DNA from: Eledone cirrhosa
Lineage: Eukaryota
DNA length: 64,000 bases
NCBI GenBank assembly: GCA_964016885.1
Contig: OZ024740.1
Location: 386,508,001 to 386,572,000, forward strand
Direction of reading: 5' to 3'
Shown: positions 14,620-29,639 of the stretch, in pieces
Position numbering within the stretch: the stretch's first letter is position 1
Layout: the number at the start of each line of letters is the position of its first letter
The notes under the pieces: model-generated
What the model saw: the letters and a program-made list of their open reading frames with translations, nothing else
Database searches by the model: none
What the model was told of the DNA's origin: nothing
Program-made: the position numbers and the translations under genes

Positions 14620-15712
14620 CATTAAAGCCCTGCAATGTTACACTGTTCATCATCTCCAACATTGAATAATGTTTCAAAAACATCAAGTTGCATGCTATCA
14701 TCTCACATTTTTTTTATTCTTACGTCAAAAGTATCGACCCTGATTTCATTACAGTCACAGAAACATGGGCACATTCCTTGCTACAATTTGTTTTGCAAAG
14801 ACCGCATTAATCGTCATGGTGGGGGTGTGATGGTCTACATTCGTTCAAACTTTTCAACAATTTCTTGTGAACCAATCACAAGAAGGAGTATTTTTCTGCG
14901 ATATACACTTCTAGTTGGAGGTGTTTACCACCCCCAAAATTACCACCAGGACACACAGCTTTGTGATATCCTCAGAGCTGCCACCAGGAAAGAAGCCACT
15001 TATGTTTTTATTGCAGGTGACTTCAATAATCACCCTGAGATTGACTGGGAAACCTTTTGTTAGCCGCAAAGTGCAAATGATTTCCTTGACCTAGTGCTGG
15101 ACTCGAACTGGTCTCAAGTAGTCACCTCCCCAACAAGAGGTGATAACACTTTGGATCTACTCTTTACCACTACTCCTGAAACTGTTATTAGTGTTACTAC
15201 TGAGGAACCTTTAGGTGACTTTGATCATCCTATGACCATTGCCAATCTGTCTCTTATGGGCAGTAACAAAAACCACAACCATCTCCAAACTGCTTGCTTT
15301 GACTGGAATAAAGCAGACTGGAGTTCTTACTGCATTGAGCTACAAGACCCAAACTGGCTTGAATTTTACAACTCTGGAGATGTGAACATTATACTTCAAA
15401 ACATCTTGAACTCAATATGGACAGTGTGTGCAGCATCAGTACCACATAAACACAAAAACATCCCAAAAGTGCAATTTGGGAGACTGTAGCAGTCAGACTG
15501 CCCAGGAAAGAACGTTGTAATGCTAAACAGGAATACAACTAAAATTTGCCAATACTACACCTGATATCCCCCCTCCATACACATGCACACATGTATATCA
15601 TGACTCATACATTGTCCACTTTCCTGACTTTTGTACATTATTCTATGTGTTATACACGCACCTTTGATGAGTTGTAGTGCATCTGAGCCCTGTACACAAT
15701 AATTTCATTATT
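14620..15712 (+). mobile_element. CR1/L2-like LINE: APE endonuclease joined to the 3' UTR, RT missing
   Basis: KDRINRHGGGVMVYI, GVYHP, AGDFN, PTRGDNTLDLLF and GDFDH motifs; 15540-15712 matches the 3' UTR at 19425-19603. Confidence 0.85.
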
Positions 15713-15999
15713 AGGTGGATTGGCACGTATAGAGTTACGGCCCTTGCCATTCTGAGTTCAAATCCTGCCGAGGTTAACTTTGCCTTTCATCCTTACAGGG
15801 TCGATAAAATAAAGTACCAGTAATGCACTGGGTAATTGCTGGCCTTGTGCCAAACGTAGAAACAATTATTATATCCTTTTTCGTTTTCTCCTGTTAATAG
15901 ATAGAAGCAGTATATCAATTATTTCTTCATCATCCATATCATGTCATAGAAAATCATCTTCTGCACCACCCAGTCTATTAGAAATTCTATATTTCTTGA

Positions 16000-16750
16000 A
16001 TGATTTCATGATAATTCCAGTTTTTATTTTTTTCCATGTTTTCATGATCCATTGACAAGTCAGAGGCAGTGATGGAGCCTTCAAACTGTCTCATTTCATG
16101 TTTTTTCCTCCATAGGCCTTATATATCCATACCTGTGCAATCTTTTCTCTTGCACACTATATCTGATTTCTCTTATAATCAGTTTTTTCTCTTGGCTCAT
16201 CTGTATTTCATTGTTTATGCACCTTAACATTACTCATTCAATAGAGCATGTTTGATTCTTTCTTTCTAGCTTTTTCATATAATCTGTGCTCTAATGCCCA
16301 CATTTTCCCACGATGCAACATCACACTTCATATACGTGTATCGTATAATCTATCCCTTACTCTGAGAGAAAATTCCTTTGTTGCCAACAGAGGTATAGTT
16401 CTGAATTTTTTTCCACTCTAGTTACTATGCTTTCAAAGCACTTTCTTTCATTTCTCAAAACATTAGATATTTCCTATTTTTATGCTTTATCATGCAAAAA
16501 GGATTAATGACAGATCATCATCAACCTTCTCCTTCTCCTTCTGCCCATATCTCACTACGATGCAGCATCACATTTCACACGCAGGTGTCATACAGCCAAC
16601 CTTTTGTTGTCAATAGAGGTAGCAATTCCCTAAACTTCTTCCATCCTGTCCTTATTCTAGCTACTATGCTCTCAGGGCACCCTTCTAGGCTGCTTATTAT
16701 ATCATCTAGGTAACAGAAGCTATCAACTACTTCTATGGATCCTTCCTGGG
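16000..16750 (-). mobile_element. Two degenerate RTE LINE fragments
   Basis: aattccctaaacttcttccatcctgtccttattctagctact...aggtaacagaagctatc matches the RTE copy at 5450-5560. Confidence 0.7.
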
Positions 16751-17191
16751 ATTGGAATAGTTATATATAATTTATTTTATTAATATTACTAGCAGAAAAC
16801 CACCCTTCGTTTATATCTATCTAAACACCTTCCATCATAATTTTGTGTAAGCATCTCATGTTAAGTTATGTTCTACATCGTCTTTACATCTGCTTTTTTA
16901 TACTTGCATGGGTTGGACATAATAATAATGAAAAGGTTAGTTATATAACTAAACCCTTCAAATTTTTGGATTATTTTCGAAATGATTTAAAATCAACAGC
17001 AGTCTCTATCATTAGAAATATAGAAAAGGATTAATGGCTCTGTCAGTTCACCACCTTAACTAAAGGTTGTAGGAGCCAACAAGGAAGCCTATAAATATAA
17101 GTAATCTAAACTACAGACAAATTTTAAATACTTTGTTCTTTATTCAATAAACGAAGTACATAGAATCTCAGTTTGTATTTTCCTCATTTAT

Positions 17192-17421
17192 TTAACCCTT
17201 TACCATTTACATTACTCTATATTTACTATTATATTTTCATGGTAAACTCTTTATCTCACATAATTATCTCATATGATATTGAATCTATGAAATTTTGATA
17301 TTATTTATTTTGAGAATAATACCTTAACATAAGTATGAGCAGCCGGTTACAGCCGGTTTGAACAGAAAAGAGGTGAGATAATTCTGGCTAGATTTGGCCG
17401 GTTTAAATGCTAAAGGGTTAA
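17192..17421. mobile_element. piggyBac-type MITE
   Basis: TTAA-CCCTTTACCATTTA...TAAATGCTAAAGGG-TTAA. Confidence 0.85.
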
Positions 17422-18334
17422 AATATAATTTTATTATTTTTGCAAGACAGTTTCTGTTTTATGTAGTTGCTTAACTTGCAAGTAACCAAACATCCCTCAA
17501 ATCCTATGATGTTAAAAATAACACATAAGATAACATGGTACTAGATACACTGATAAAAAAAATGGCTAATTATTGCTGGAACACCTTTAATAATAGGTTT
17601 GTTTGATAAATGCTGACCTGGGGCTAAATAGAGATTGGATGAGCAAATGAGAGAGCTTCTGCATGGTTGTCTGATCTTCTAGAAATAGCAACCCAATATT
17701 TCTATGTGGTTGTCTGATCTGTTAGAAATAGCAACCCAGTATTCCTTAATTCATACCCTACTGTCTTAAAAACACACACACGGGAAATATAGTATAGGGT
17801 ATATTTATATTTGAATAAAAGATGAGATAGTCATGGTTGAAATATCTTTGCTAATAAGTCTGTTCATCCAAAGTTGACTTGGGGCTAAAACAACAATGAC
17901 TAGAGATTGCATGAACATTTCCATAAAGACAATTATATATTTCCATGTTTCTATTAACATCTGAACATATTTTTTTAATCATTGCAGTAAATTAGGGTGT
18001 TGGATCAAATGACTTCATATTTGTTCCAGCTCACTGCACTGTGAGTTCAAATCCTACTGAGGTCAATGCTTGAGATCAATAAATAAAGTACTAGTGAGAG
18101 GCAGTGGACTAGCAAAATTGTTAAAGAATTGGATAGGATACTTTGTTGTATTTGATCTGTCTCTGTGCATTCTGAGTTCAAATTTTGCTTTCTTCTGTCA
18201 GGAATTGTGATCAATAGATAGTATTAGCAATGGAAAGACAATGGAAACATTTTTTTCCTTGGTTTGCTCTGATAATCAGCTTCTTCCCTCTCTGTTTTTG
18301 TCTTTGAAAATCAGAGCCTTGGCTGTTATTACAA

Positions 18335-19603
18335 AAATGTGATGACAGCAGCTCATGGGTGGATGTTGTTTACTTTGACTTCGCTTAGGCTTTTAATTCT
18401 GTGCCACACAAAAGACTTATGGCAAAACTCTCTGCAATGGGTGTGAGGGATGATCTTTTTAACTGGTTGAAATCCTTCATTGTCAGCCGAAAAGAGGTAG
18501 TCACGGTTCTAGGACAGCATTCTTCACCATATGAGATGTCATCTGGTGTACCACAGGGATCTGTTCTTGGTCCCCTTTTGTTTGTGGCATATATTAATGA
18601 CATAGATGCCAACTTAAAGAATGCCACGGTACTGAAATATGCAGATGACATCAAGCTGTACCTTGAAATCAAAAAGACTGATCCTGAAATCTACAACTCT
18701 TTTCTACAATCAGACCTGGACACAATGCAGCAATGGATCACAGACTGGCAACTGAAGCTGGCTGTGGACAAGTGTACCACCATGCATTTTGGGAGAAAAT
18801 ATCCAGCGTCCACATACTCCCTCCACAACACTGATATCAAGAAGTCCTCTTGTGAACGTGACCTGGGCATTACTGTCAGCAGCGATTTGCGTTGGACAAA
18901 GCATGTCTCTAAGATTGTCAAGAAGGCCGAGGGTGTCTTGGCATCACTCAGCAAGACCTATGTTAGCCGCTCTCCAGCCATCTATTTAAAGCTGTATACA
19001 GCTATGGTACGACCACACTTGGAATTCGCATCATCAGTCTGGAACCTCTATCTTGCTCAGGACATTGACCTCCTGGAAACTGTTCAGAGACGTGCAACCA
19101 AGCGCATACCCTCCATCAGACACCTACCATACTCTGAACGCCTTGCTTCCCTGGGCATGGATTCATTGAAGCTCCGACGTCTGGCAATGGACTTGGTAAA
19201 CACCCACAAAGTTATTAACCATCTCACCAACAACAACCCTGAGCACCTTTTTGATCTTCATGTGCCTAACACACGTGGACATGCCTACAAAGTCAGAAAA
19301 CAGCACAGCTCCCATGACTTTCGGAAACATTTTCACGCTCAGAGTTAATGAAGCATGGAACAAACTGCCTGCGTCAGTTGTTAGCTACCGAGACACTGCA
19401 TCCTTCAAAATCCTCATGCTTCCCAAAATTCGCCAAAACTACATCTGATGTACCCCTTCCATACACATGCACACATGTGTATATCATGACTCATGCACTG
19501 TTCATTTTCCTGACGTTTGTGCATTACCCTATGTACTATACATACACTTTTTGATGAGTTGTAGTGCACCTGAGCACTGTACACAATATTTCATTATTAT
19601 TTT
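18335..19603 (+). mobile_element. CR1/L2-like LINE, 5'-truncated (RT, 3' UTR, (ATT)n tail)
   Basis: YFDFA*AFNSVPH, SGVPQGSVLGPLLF, YADDIKL, ERDLGI, VRPHLEFASSVW, LETVQRRATK, TRGH. Confidence 0.93.
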
Positions 19604-21319
19604 AATAGAATGTATATAATAAAAGGTATTATAACCTAATCAAAGTTAATATTTAAGAATGGATTTAGACCAAGAAAGGGAAAATAACAGAAACACGAAA
19701 AGAAACTGTTTAAAAATCCAGTTATCTAACAACTACAAAAATGGCTAAACCAATAAGAATGATAATAAATTGATCCCACTTAGCAAGGATGTTATTTGTT
19801 ATTTCTAAAAATAAATTCACACCTCCTTAAAGTCAAGGTTTATAATCCAAAGTAAAAAATACATTTTTGATATTTATAGATCTCAAACCAGATTACTAAT
19901 GATGTACTACACATATATAGATCATCTGTTCTTAAATAATCTTTAGGGCAGAAAAGTTCTATTATTACTGCTACTAATGCTGTGTTATGTGAGACTGCTA
20001 CAGTTACACTTACTGCACTTGCTGTTCTCTCTATATGTATATTGATACAGGCATGGTACCCTACATATATCAAATCTGCCAACAAATTGTTTGCTAATTT
20101 TGCCATTGTGAAATGCATTCTTATCACATTCTGTTTTCTTCAGTTCAACATTGTCTTTTCTGCTGTTCAAATATTCTATTTTATATTGGATTATATAAAA
20201 ACTCAATCACTCTTCAAATCATCTATTTAACTTTTAGAGCCACCACCTGCCCTGAGCTAGCTCTATAATGTGTGCCCACTTCTCCCAATTATGCATTTCA
20301 TTCTCCTGATAAATTAATCTCAACTTACAGTTTGGTAAGCCGATGAACCTAGTTTTTGACACTTCTTGCTCTGACCAAACTAAGTAAATTATTAAGCCTG
20401 TATTTTCCACTGCACAGTTCACACTCACCCATGCCAAATCACATGACAGGTCATGATACCATACAGTCATCTCCGACATTTTTTATGTTTCCACAAAGCT
20501 TTTACGCAGCAAAGATGTATTGTGATTTATTTATTGATCCTATAAAATCATTATATATTTGATATAATTAAACAAATTTGTATAAAACTGTGATTCTTTA
20601 AATAATGCAACTCTCTGAGGTTTGCATCTGCAGCAGCTGCCTAGTTGGACTTAATGTAACGCTGTCTCTGTTAACTATATTACTAATCAGAAAACTGTAG
20701 AAATTGTGACTGTTTGCCTTGTGAAAATAACATCTCACAAATCATCAACAGTACCTTTCTTCAATCTATCAATAACCTTACAAGATGGTAAGCCTCTAAA
20801 TGTGATTCAGAACATTTCAATTCACTTTACTCCTTTCATTACTATATTTCTAATGAAAGACATTGCTTGTGATTTTAGAAAAATTTGAAAATAATCAGCA
20901 ATTTGGAAAGATTTAGTAATACACTATCTTTTTTATTATCAAGCTGTTGTTTGGAACACAGCAAAGGTTCTCACATAAAATCATGATGAAGGGAGGGTAT
21001 TTAGATAAATATAAATAATTTAAACATTTTGTATCAATGATTCAAGGACAGTTTCAGGCAGTTTTGTATGAAAGGGTTAAAATTGTCAAGGACTCTTCCA
21101 AAGTTCATCTTCAAATTTCTCAAACTTTTTTCTTACATACTCAGATCTTCAAATTCTTGTCTTTTCAAATTTGTTATTTATGGTTCTGACAAAGGAAAAT
21201 CAGACAACCCTTGATGCTTTCTTCATATATAAGCAAACATCTAACAGAATCAGTTATACCATATACATTTTTTATCCTTTCATGTTTCTACTGATGCAAT
21301 TTTTATTATGAGGTATTTG

Positions 21320-22067
21320 CAGGTGAAGTACAGAGACAAGAGGAAGAATTTGTTTTGAGCGTTGTTGATCTGAAGAAAGCTTTAAATAGGATTTCACATA
21401 AAGTAGTGACTTGGGCACTGAGAAAGTTAGGAGTTGAGAAATACTTGTTTAGAATAGTGATGACAATGTATGAGAAAGTGTGTTCAGTTGTAAGGATAAA
21501 GGATGGGAACATTGATGAGTTTGAAGTGAAGGCTGGAGTGCACAAGGGATCAGTATTAAGCCCACTGCTGTTTGTAGTTGTGAAGGAGGTACTGGCCTGC
21601 AGTGTAAAGGTAAGTTTACTATGGGAGTTGCTGTACACAAATGACCTGGTGTTAATAACAGAAAGTATGGAAGGACTGAGGGAGAAGATAAATAGATGGA
21701 AGGAATGTATGGAGGCAAAGAGTATAAAGATAAATATCGGAAATATAAAGTTGATGGCAAATGATAAAGCATGTAGTGAGAAGGAAAGAACAGGAAGGCG
21801 GTTGTGAGCAGTGTGTAGGAAAGGTTTTGGAGTGAACTCCATTAAATATACTATACAGTGTAGGTGTATTGAAAATGTAATGGTATGAAGGGATTGCTAA
21901 ATAATGTGTAGCTTCATTTAAATGTAAAGTGAGTAGGAAAGGAACTATGGCTGGAGAGGATGTTGAACTGGATCATGGGAATGGTGTAAAGATGGGAGGT
22001 GCAGAAACGTTTTGTTACATTGGAGTCATATTGAATGGAAAGAGTGGATCGGGCTCTGTGCAGTATC

Positions 22068-22117
<50 letters not shown>

Positions 22118-22410
22118 TGAATTATAAAGGATGACAGGAATAGAGCCTGTGATGAATATTGTGAAGAGAAATAGAATGAAATAATAATTGGGTCTTGTGT
22201 TGAGGAAAGATGAAAGTAAGTGGGTGAGAGAAGTGAATGTGGAAGGAAGTAGAGGAAGACCAAGAAAGGCATGGTTGAGGATGATGGTGGGGGAAATGAA
22301 AGCCGGTGGGTTAGAAAGTGGGGGGATGCAGCTGATATGGAAAAATGGAGAAGCTTGTCATAAGGCCTGTAGGACTAATCCCTGCATTAGCATGGAAACT
22401 GACTTTAAAA
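21320..22410 (+). mobile_element. Degenerate RTE-clade LINE RT fragment
   Basis: VDLKKALNRI..GVHKGSVLSPLLF..LWELLYTNDLV; GRPRKAW near the 3' end. Confidence 0.88.
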
Positions 22411-23229
22411 CACTTTTTTGTTTCTACCTTTTGCATTAAAGTAAATTTTCGATTGAAATATATGCAGTGTTCAAATGAATTGTGTGAGTATATTTCTTTT
22501 AGTGAATTACATATAATTTTATTCAAAGGATTTTTTTCTATATATGTAGAGGAATTGTACACCTACTGTATTTTAAACCAGTGTATATTTCTTTTAATAA
22601 CTTAAAGGTCTGCATAGAAATTATGTTTTTTCTCTCCTTCCTCTGATAAAGTTTCTGATAGCAAAATAAAAAATGTGGAACTTATTAATTTTGTTAATCA
22701 AAAACTGGTGTGTGTGTGTTTGTGCACATGTATGTATGTATATATATATATATATATATATGTTAGATGGATCAGCAAATATGCATATTTTCATAAGATA
22801 TCAAAGTAGATCCTACTTAATGACACTTTGAGACAAATAGAGTTTTGTCCCATGCTTAATAGCATTACATTGATTATTTCTCACACTTTGGTCACCATTT
22901 TAGATAGTTAAGGTATGTTTCAAATTACAGTTTCAAATTCATATAATGTTACCCATATCCTTGGGAGGCTCCTACAGTCTCTAAATCTAAAGCTTCATGT
23001 CTACCTTGAAGAACAATACAAACCTATAGGTCTAGAAACAGATAACCTATGAAGAAGCTACATTATACGGTAATAAACTGCTGATGAATTATTTTTATTA
23101 TCAGGAAGATAATATAATAATTTCTAAATCAGGAACATAACCAGCAATTTGTGAGTAGGGGAAAGTCGATTAAATCGACTCAGTACGTTATTTTATCAAC
23201 CCTGGAATGATAAACGGTAAAGTTGGGAT

Positions 23230-23445
23230 TTAATCCTTTAACATTTACTTTACTCTATATTTACTATTATATTTTCATGGTAAAGGCTTTATCTTACATA
23301 ATACCGAATCTATGAGATTTTGATATTATTTATTTTGAGAACAATACCTTAACATAAGTATGAGTGGCCGGTTACAGCCGGTTTGAACAGAAAGAGGTGA
23401 GAGAATTCTGGCTGGATACGACCGGTTTAAATGCTAAAGGGTTAA
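23230..23445. mobile_element. piggyBac-type MITE inserted in a SINE B-box region
   Basis: TTAA flanks; it splits the SINE sequence gggatt|taa...ttaa|actcag. Confidence 0.85.
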
Positions 23446-26400
23446 ACTCAGACTGTAAATGGCTATGACTAAATAACAGAAAGCATTGTGTCCAATGTTC
23501 TAACGTTTCTGTTAATCTACCACCATTATTTATAATTTAGGCACAATTTGTGGGGATGGAAAAGTCTATTATACTGACACCAGTAATTTGCTGGTACTTC
23601 ATTTTATCAACCTCAAAAGGAGGATGAAAGACAAAGTTGACTTGACCTCGGCAGTATTTGAACTCAGAATGTAACAAGCTGGAACAAATACCATATGCCA
23701 TTTTTTCTGACACTCAAGCTATTCTGCCAATTTGCTACCCTATCAAGATTATAATTATTTCTAATTTAGATACAGAATCAACAATTTGATTGCTATTTTA
23801 TTTTATTGACCCTGGAAGGATGAAAGGTAAAATTGACCTTGGCGAGGTTTGAACTCAGATCTGAAGGGACCAAAACTAAATGCTGAATACATTTTGTCCA
23901 ATGTTCTAATGATTCTGCCAATCCACCACCTCCAAAAAGATAATGTAATAACAATGCATTTGATTATGGAATCCCAAAAGTTGATTGATTATCAGTAGCA
24001 CTCTGATATAAACACAATCAAACAATATATCAAAATACCAGAGAATTACAATAACTGGATGAAGTGTTGGTGTCCTAGCTAATCAGATATTGGTTTGATT
24101 ATTGTTAGTGATTACTATTAGTGAGAGACTAGTGTTCTGAATTCTGCGTTCAACTTATGCAGCTGTAGATCAATTAACAAAGGTGAAAGCTCTCAGTTGT
24201 AGATACACCCCTACTGACAAAATAAAAAGAGAAAAATGGCTGTCCTGCATTGTATCAGATTCTCTTAGATTAAAAGTGTGGAACGATCAAGAAAACTTTG
24301 TACATTTAGTGTATATTTCATATTGTTATAAATTAATGTTTTATGCTAGAATGAGTAGAGAATGAAGTTATAATAATGATGAATTGGACTAAACTTTTAG
24401 TTAGATGCACCCAGAAATTTAGGAAGTGGGTTACAAAATTGGTTGTATGTGCGTATGGAGTGGGGGATACAAATGAGTGCAAAAACATATTGAAATGGGA
24501 GAAATACAAACAAACTTAAAATGTGCAGCAGCTGTTATGTATCATGGGGATTGGAGTAGAATATGTAAACACATTTACTTGAACATCATTTAATAACATG
24601 AATGCCAGATTGGGAGAATACTGTTTATAAATAGTGCAGAAAATGTAAAGTAGATATATACAATATTGAAGTATATTAGCAGCACACTCTAGATGTATGC
24701 CTACATCAGGCAGCCATTGTGATACCAGTACAAACAGTGAAGACAGCTTGATGCTGGTTGAAGAATTGTAGGTGAGATACATCATCATCATTAGCATTTA
24801 ATGTCCATTTTCTCTGTTAGGAAGGGTTGGATGAGTCATTACATAGAGTCAATACTCAGGCAGAGCTACTGACCTTTCAGTTGGGCTGGAAGCATGCATC
24901 TTACATACATTCCTGCACTCTACCAAGTGTTCAGACAGGCCAGGAGTCTCACATCTAGCTTACATATAAAATGCACTGTACCGTGTGCATTTTACCATGG
25001 CATTTTGTTTGGCAGGTTTTCTACAGCTGAATGCCAATCTTATCACATATTACATACATACTATACTCCTGTGTTGAGTATAGATTCATCAAAATATCAC
25101 CCTAATACTCTAAATATAACAATATATATACATTTGAATGTGTTTACTCAGAATATAGAGTCTTTAATCAAAAACAATGGCCGGAGGTGGTGAGAGCAGA
25201 CCTCAGATCGCTGAAGCTCACGGTGGAGATGACGAAGGATCGTGACAAGTGAAGAGATGCTGTGCTGAATAGGACCCATCCCACCCTTGCAAGCAGGGAA
25301 AAGCAGACGTAAAATGATGATGATGATGAGAAACTGTATGCAGCCTGTTTTATGTATATATATATGTATGTATACGTGTGCATACATGTTTGGGTGTGTC
25401 TTCACTTCTCATTAGACATATCCTGCAGTTATATGTGTGAGGATCCATATCTTACCTTAGATAAATGAGAATTACAATTGAGGATTGACATCAAGAAGGA
25501 CATCTGGCTGTAGAATTCTGTCTGAAAACTATTTTTCAACCAACACAGGCCAGTATGGAAAAATGGTTGTGAATATGATGACGATATTGATGATGTATAT
25601 GTAAAATAGCAGACCTGAAGACACTGGGATGCAATGGAGAGAAAGCAATTGAAACTAAAAAAGTATCGGTAAAAGTCTGATGAATTCATAATTGTCTAAA
25701 GGCAGATCCTTTTCTTGGTTGCTATTGAATAGTTTAATGGACAATGTATGGAAGTGGTAGGTAGATAAGGGTGCTTTATAGAGCAATAACTTTTCATTTG
25801 TTACCATATTTCTACTGAAACACACTGTTTATATTGTAAAAAATAACCAATGATTTGGAGGCATTTAGTAAAATAACAAACTTTCTCATTATTAAGCAGG
25901 TGTTTGGAACAACTTTATAAAACTAACTACATAAAACTATGATGGAAGGGTTTTTAGATAAATATAAATACCACCTAGAATAAACATTTAGTGCCATAGA
26001 ACCAGGTGGTGAATTGGCAGATAAGCACATCAATTAGAATACTTTCAGTATTTGTTCCACTTCTCAGCACTCTGAGTTCAAAACCTGTTGAGGTCGATAA
26101 AAATATATCAGTCCAGTACCTAGGTATAATTCTTCTATATCTCTTTTTTCACATCCTCTCTGTCACTCTTCTTCTTCTCTGGAAATAACCAACTGTATTC
26201 AGACCTGGTGAGGGATGGGTTCCATAAGGTTTGAAATATCCAATTCATGCTATATGTCACTACGGTACCCCTACATGCATCATAGAACCAGCGGTGGTTT
26301 CAAGTGGCTTGTTACTGAAAGAGTTAAAATAGGTTTTGAATTGAGAAAGAAAACCAACTTCTTCAATACAGATTTTTTTTTTGCTATGTTGAGAGGAGAG

Positions 26401-27064
26401 TCTCATTGTGGTAGACCTCATATACATTGAATAAGTTAAATAAGGGAGGCTCAATTATTTTTCTTCTGATAATGTACTTTTATGTCTGATATTACTTTCA
26501 ATGTAAGATGATGATAAGGTTCCATGTTGATAACATTTGTGATTGATGAGAGGGAGAGGGAGAGAGAGGAAAGAGAGAACTTAAAGAGTTATAACATAAG
26601 CATAAATGGTAAATAGTTCTAAAATCAAAACTATACAATATCTATTTCACTTACCAATCTAGAAAAGATAACAGATAAACTAGTTCACAAAATGATAGTA
26701 CAAAAAAACCAAACAAACAAAAACAACAAACCTCAAACATCTACATTTCTGCTTAAATAGTGATATTCATAGATAAGTGATTAGTTCTATTGATTTTAGT
26801 AGAAATCAAAACATTCATACCTTGCCCAAGACCACATTTTTACAGCTGCTATTCCATACTAGCACGAGTCATTTTGAAGCAGTTTTTATAAGGTCAGATG
26901 TCTTTCCTGGCACCAGCTTATACTTTATAAGTACTGCTCATCTTTGTTGAGCCCTTTGATGTAGGATGTATTGTTTATACAGGACATAAACAAATGACAC
27001 TGCTTACTGTATACATGGCCAGTATATATAGACACCTGGGGTAAACTGACACATACACACACAA

Positions 27065-27330
27065 ATCATCATCATCATCACCGTTTTACGTCCGTTCTTC
27101 CACACTAGCATGGGTTAGACGGGTTGTCTTGTTGCCGGCAGTGTTCGGTCGGCTGACCTTGTCTTGCTCATACAGGAACTGATTCTGGCTTGATTTCTAC
27201 AGCTGGATGCCCTTCCTAATACCAACCTCATTTACAGTGAGTGTTGGGTGCTTTTTTTTCCGTGGCACCTACACATCCACTTTACAGTGTGGGCTGGGTG
27301 CTTTTTTGCCGTGGCACCTCCACAACCACT
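27065..27330 (-). mobile_element. RTE-tail element (solo 3' end with (ATG)n tail)
   Basis: Nearly identical to 4695-4955; other copies at 180-425 and 62040-62203. Confidence 0.85.
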
Positions 27331-28024
27331 ATGCAGTAGAATGATAGGGACCCCAGTCCTATCATCTCATCCTTTCTACAGCTGAGTAAACTGGAGTAAT
27401 GGGAAATAAAGTGTCTTGCTCAAGGAAACAACACATCACCTGGTCTGAGAATTGAACTCACAACTTTTCGATTGCAAGCCCAATGCTCTAATCACTAAGC
27501 CATGCGCCTTCGCGCGCGCGCGCGTGCGTGTGTGTGTGTGTTCATATAAATATATAGTGGTAGAACACTGGTGGGTTATATCCGTAGTAGTAGAGCACTC
27601 AGTCTATGGGACGAGTTAGGTAGAAATAGTTCCACAACTGTTAGTACACCATTTCCAAGAACAATTTATTTCACCTCAAATGGATCCTCAGCTCGGTTTA
27701 AATGAGATAACATGGAAAAAGAAGACAAGAGAGAGGGAGAGAGTGTGCTGACACTGGGGAGACCACTAATCATGGGAGTATTCAATGCATGGGGAAGATG
27801 CAGAGTGGGTATAGAGATAGGTAAAATCCCGACCGCGGCGCCAAGCAGTTTCGGTTTGTGTGTTCAGCAAGCTTGTGTGAACATACAAGCCGAATATAGT
27901 TATGTATATACTATACTATAAATAACTATAAACAGGAAAGGTCAGTAATTTACTACTATCTTATTACCAGTAAGAGAAATAGCTCAATGTAAGAATATCA
28001 GGTGTTCTACAGAGCAGGAATATG

Positions 28025-28087
28025 AAATACACAAGTATCAAAGTTATGTTCAAATCATTTGAACATAACTTTGATACTTGTGTATTT
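28025..28087. repeat. Perfect hairpin, 31-bp arms, 1-nt spacer, next to (TA)n
   Basis: AAATACACAAGTATCAAAGTTATGTTCAAAT-C-ATTTGAACATAACTTTGATACTTGTGTATTT. Confidence 0.92.
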
Positions 28088-29639
28088 TATATATATATAT
28101 CATAATGATCATTGTCGTTTAACATCCACATTCCACGCTAGCCTGGGTTATATATATGTTTATGTTAGCTTCTTTACAGTTTCTGTCAAACAAATTCACT
28201 AACAAGGTTGACACAAAGCTGTAGTAGAAGAAACTTGCTCAAGATACTCCACAGTGGGATGGTTGTGAATCAAATGTCTTAACCACACCATGCCTGCACC
28301 TGCACAAATAAAACTGAAATAGTTACAATAGGGAATTGAAAGTTGTTTAAGAAATAACTTACTAAAAATGTTGATCTATTTATGGTACCAATCAGAAGAG
28401 ATACAACTTCATGTTGTAAAGCAAATTAGAAAAATATCTCAAAAATATTCCACAATAAATGGTTTAAAAAACATTATTATTGTAAAGAAATATTATTATG
28501 GCAGTATCGGTAGAGCGTCAGACAACATACTTTGTGGCATAGAATGATGGCCTTTTGCGTTCTGATTTCAAATCTTGTCGAGGTTAGCTTTGTCTTTCAT
28601 CCTTACAGGGTTGATAAAATAAAGTACTAGTAATGCACTGGGATTGATTTAGTCAACTTTCCCTCCCCAAAAAATTTCTGGCCTTGTGCCTAAATCATAA
28701 ACTATTATTAAGCACCATTAGGGCAGTAGATTGGCAGAATCGGTAGGGAATCGGACAAAATGCTTTCTAGTATGTGGTTATGGCCGTTTATGTTCTGAGT
28801 TCAAATCCTGTCGAGGTTAGCTTTGTCTTTCATCATTACGGGGTGGATAAAATAAAGTACCAGTAACACACTGGGGGCAATTTAGTCAACTTTCCCCACC
28901 CACCTAATTACAGTGATGGATCAACAGAATAGTTAGAGTTGGATAAAATGCATTGCAGCATTTAGCTATGTCCCTGAAGTTCATATCCAGCTGAGGTCAA
29001 CTTTGTCTTTCATACTTTGCCTATATATATACTTTTTGAGATCTACAAAATTGGATCGTTATATTCATGCTATCATCATCTACCTCATGAAAACCTTTAA
29101 AGGTGTGAGACAAGTAAATATCTTGCCACTTAGACGTAATAATAATCAAGTAATTTCCAAGATACGAAATGTAGAGAGCATGGTATTATTTCTCTTCCCC
29201 TTTACTATTTACTGTGTTAGTATGACATGAATTAAGAACTAAACAATATATCCATCAAATCATGTCTCTTGGTAATCTAGAAACAAATTTTATTTATATA
29301 AATATTTTGCATAATAAACAGGATAAGAGAACAAAAAGTGGGGAATAGATGGGTAGTCTGTTCACCTGTGTCTAAGCTGTGTATCTCATCTGCACCCTGA
29401 ACTTAAGATGGTAAAAGCATTACTGTGTTGAACAGCCAGTGACTCCCACTGCATCAGTCACTCCATTTCATGGGGCTCCATCCTCTGGTAGGATGTACCC
29501 CTTCCATTTATGAAATCAATAGTCTATATGATGTCTAGAACATTCTTAAATACATATGAAACATTTCAACAGCACGAGAACTTTAAAGCTGGTATTCAAG
29601 TTTTATTGATTTAACTTACAATTTGCATAATGTTGATTT

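Noticed and set aside
18691-19363. Antisense ORFs over the CR1/L2-like LINE; similar shadow ORFs overlie the RTE copies
   Set aside because: Shadow frames of retroelement coding sequence.
19840-20340. Overlapping short ORFs, possibly an exon or a Gypsy RNase H remnant
   Set aside because: No convincing motif or splice structure; too degenerate to call.
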